A DNA stretch of 26,089 bases, taken from the IMG/VR virus record IMGVR_UViG_3300017743_001539, positions 1 to 26,089 of that record. One strand, 5' to 3'. Origin of the DNA: a virus (taxonomy: Duplodnaviria > Caudoviricetes). Positions 24,567-26,089 of this stretch are shown here, piece after piece (position 1 is the stretch's first letter; every line of letters begins with the position of its first letter). The notes under the pieces are model-generated. The model ran no database searches. It saw nothing but the letters and a program-made list of their open reading frames with translations, and was not told the DNA's origin. Position numbers and translations under genes: made by a program.

Positions 24567-25385
24567 CTATAGTCCCGGACTTTCTATTACATTAGCAATC
24601 TCTTTGCTCCGGCAATACTTCAGGTCTTTGTTTATGAAACGAACCGTACATTCTACAAGCCCTTGTAATTGCCGTAATAACTTTATAGCTTTACCTTTAG
24701 CGTCATTGTCAAGGCAAATAATGATATTATCGTAAGATTTAAGGGTTTGTTTCTGTTTTGTACTCAAATTAGTGCCTAAAATAGCTATTCCAGTATACAC
24801 TCCAGTAGACGAAACAGCACAAGCTGACGGTGCATCTTCTACGATTACGCCTATCTTTGAACTACCTACAGTTAACACGCCTGTAGTATCTCCGTATGAC
24901 ATCCACTTAGGAGTAGCACCACTAAGAGATCTACCGACAGCACCTTTGTTGTCATTCATCAGGAACAGGCACCGGTTATCCGCCGGGGCATATAGGATCT
25001 TAATTAGTCCTTGTTGATAGGCCGAGGTACATCCGTTCTCATCAAGATAATTCATGACAAACGTATGGTTCTTCGGCTGAGATAACATGTCGGGTAATGG
25101 GCGTGTAGTTAGACCACGTTCTTTGATCTCACGTCTTATGTAATCGCTGGTAGATTCTTTCGGTATACCAACCCGGTTCTTGATCAGGGATAAAGACATG
25201 CCTTTACGGTAAGCGCCCTTGATCGAGCAGGATGCTTTATAACAATTCCAGAGAAGTGTGCCGTCTTTATTCGTGATACTGAATTTCTTTTTACCGTGAC
25301 AAAATGGGCAGTCGATGGTTTTCGATTCACCTTCGCTGATTCTTATCGCTTTCAGTATTTCGATTTGTTCGTGCCGGTTATACAT
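24567..25385 (-). CDS. DNA primase (Zn ribbon + TOPRIM)
   Basis: CPFC...CYKASC zinc ribbon; VIVEDAPSA, ILGT and ICLDND TOPRIM motifs. Confidence 0.92.
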   Translation of the reverse strand: MYNRHEQIEILKAIRISEGESKTIDCPFCHGKKKFSITNKDGTLLWNCYKASCSIKGAYRKGMSLSLIKNRVGIPKESTSDYIRREIKERGLTTRPLPDMLSQPKNHTFVMNYLDENGCTSAYQQGLIKILYAPADNRCLFLMNDNKGAVGRSLSGATPKWMSYGDTTGVLTVGSSKIGVIVEDAPSACAVSSTGVYTGIAILGTNLSTKQKQTLKSYDNIIICLDNDAKGKAIKLLRQLQGLVECTVRFINKDLKYCRSKEIANVIESPGL

Positions 25386-25439
25386 ATTTCCCCCTTAAAA
25401 CGAGTATTAGGGGTAGCTCGGCCCCGGAGCGGCCTCGCT

Positions 25440-25468
25440 TTTTTAACATGGTTTTAAGCATCCGTCAA
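25440..25468 (-). promoter_or_regulatory. Putative sigma70 promoter for primase, overlapped by a CtrA-like TTAA-N7-TTAA box
   Basis: TTGACG-17 nt (ending TGT, an extended -10)-TAAAAA; TTAA-CATGGTT-TTAA at 25443-25457. Confidence 0.6.
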
Positions 25469-25484
25469 CAACTAAACTATAGTT

Positions 25485-25502
25485 TAACTATTACATTAGT
25501 TA
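25485..25502. promoter_or_regulatory. Putative operator TAACTA-N6-TAGTTA (copy B)
   Basis: The reverse complement of 25485-25503 matches 14229-14247 at 16 of 19 positions. Confidence 0.6.
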
Positions 25503-25526
25503 TGAGCTTAACCATATTAACCCCTG

Positions 25527-25539
25527 TAACCCATTGATT
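25527..25539 (-). promoter_or_regulatory. IHF-like binding site left of the att core
   Basis: AATCAATGGGTTA matches the consensus WATCAANNNNTTR exactly. Confidence 0.6.
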
Positions 25540-25555
25540 TTATTAAGTTTCCACC

Positions 25556-25596
25556 TAACCTGAAGGTCGTAGGTTCAAATCCTACTCCCGCAACCA
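25556..25596 (+). other. attP identity block: 3' half of initiator tRNA-Met(CAT)
   Basis: TAACCTGAAGGTCGTAGGTTCAAATCCTACTCCCGCAACCA runs from the last anticodon base through the T-arm, acceptor strand and CCA of an alphaproteobacterial-type tRNA-fMet. The 5' half is absent. It lies downstream of the integrase. Confidence 0.88.
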
Positions 25597-25599
25597 AAG

Positions 25600-25845
25600 T
25601 TAGTCTAAGTCATTGTTTGCTAAGTGATTTAAAGCGTCAGTAACAATGTCAGTGGAGTGGAGTGATCGTTTTTGGTCACTTTTCCATTCGCCACTAACCA
25701 CTACACTAGTTGCTACATCAGTTATTTCCATATTGCATGACGTGCATTTCACCGAATCAGGTTCATTTGGGTAAACCACTCCGCGAGTATGCCTCCCACA
25801 AAAATCACATACAATTAGCTCTGGGTAATGAGGTACTCCATTCAT
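25600..25845 (-). CDS. Small zinc-finger protein (81 aa)
   Basis: CDFC...CTSC, GAGGGG SD and ATGA coupling to the upstream ORF. Confidence 0.7.
   Translation of the reverse strand: MNGVPHYPELIVCDFCGRHTRGVVYPNEPDSVKCTSCNMEITDVATSVVVSGEWKSDQKRSLHSTDIVTDALNHLANNDLD
25606..25618 (-). promoter_or_regulatory. IHF-like binding site right of the att core
   Basis: AAACAATGACTTA has one mismatch to WATCAANNNNTTR and the same orientation as the left site. Confidence 0.45.
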
Positions 25846-26006
25846 AAATACCCCCTCTTTTTCATCTCCATGATCTTACACGCCGCACAAAAGTAGTGGG
25901 TTGTATTTGACTTGGAGTCTGTTAGCCATCGTGTGCGCTCTACGACTACCGCCGGAGCTTCTTTGCACACGTCACAGTTACGCCTTTCCTTTTTCTTTAA
26001 TGTCAT
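25842..26006 (-). CDS. Small zinc-finger protein (54 aa, absent from the ORF track)
   Basis: MTLKKKERRNCDVCKEAPAVVVERTRWLTDSKSNTTHYFCAACKIMEMKKRGYL; GAGGT SD and ATGA overlaps at both ends. Confidence 0.75.
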   Translation of the reverse strand: MTLKKKERRNCDVCKEAPAVVVERTRWLTDSKSNTTHYFCAACKIMEMKKRGYL

Positions 26007-26089
26007 GATGCGAACCTCTTGTTGATTGCTGACGTTGCCAGCTTCATTGTTGGTCTGACATAGGTCGCTAGAATCTCACGCGACTGATG
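26003..26089 (-). CDS. int: Tyrosine integrase, C-terminal 28 aa (partial)
   Basis: HQSREILATYVRPTMKLATSAINKRFAS* fits the box II (G)H-x8-Y catalytic motif and lies about 400 nt from a tRNA-type att site. Only a fragment is visible. Confidence 0.7.
   Translation of the reverse strand, partial: HQSREILATYVRPTMKLATSAINKRFAS

Larger units (their letters stand above)
1..26089. mobile_element. Temperate podovirus-like phage genome segment, HMO-2011-type; apparently the non-integrated (attP) form
   Basis: Only phage-type genes are present: lysis cassette, virion proteins, PolA with a DnaJ-type Zn finger, split primase/helicase, T7-like endonuclease I, RNR, MazG and an integrase C-terminus. The tRNA-Met 3' half has phage genes on both sides. 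Confidence 0.9.

Noticed and set aside
25412-25434. GGTAGCTCG and GGAGCGGCC resemble the D-arm of tRNA-fMet (split or permuted tRNA idea)
   Set aside because: The matches are only about 9 nt, are in permuted order, and no 5' acceptor or anticodon strand is present; likely coincidence.
25551-25596. Second functional tRNA gene
   Set aside because: It lacks the 5' acceptor strand, D-arm and intact anticodon, and is better explained as attP.

Overview
The whole window is phage DNA from a podovirus-like temperate phage. It most resembles the HMO-2011-type marine group, judged by a family-A DNA polymerase with an inserted DnaJ-type CxxCxGxG zinc finger, separate primase and helicase genes, a tyrosine integrase and a tRNA-Met attachment site. 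The host is probably an alphaproteobacterium. The + strand (1-13437) holds late genes: a 5'-truncated acidic protein with seven ~116-aa repeats, a four-gene lysis cassette (holin-like protein, GH24 endolysin with a C-terminal membrane domain, overlapping i- and o-spanins) and putative internal virion/ejection proteins, one ending in a peptidase-S74 domain. The - strand (26089 down to 13439) holds the integrase C-terminus, two small zinc-finger ORFs, primase, helicase, a PD-(D/E)XK-like ORF, DNA polymerase, an SSB-like protein, a Cas4-like exonuclease, T7-type endonuclease I, dNMP kinase, class Ia RNR (nrdA, nrdB), an RMF-like protein, a MazG-like protein, a hypothetical protein and tRNA-Arg(ACG). 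An attP site (3' half of initiator tRNA-Met, flanked by IHF-like boxes) lies between the zinc-finger ORFs and primase. The most interesting unexplained signals are in the short intergenic regions: a repeated TAACTA-N6-TAGTTA operator, CtrA-like boxes on the primase and helicase promoters, hairpins that occlude start sites, and a tRNA placed directly behind a terminator. Also notable are the int-ZnF-ZnF-attP cassette and the RMF-like/MazG/tRNA cluster. All calls come from reading motifs by eye; no database searches or folding programs were run.
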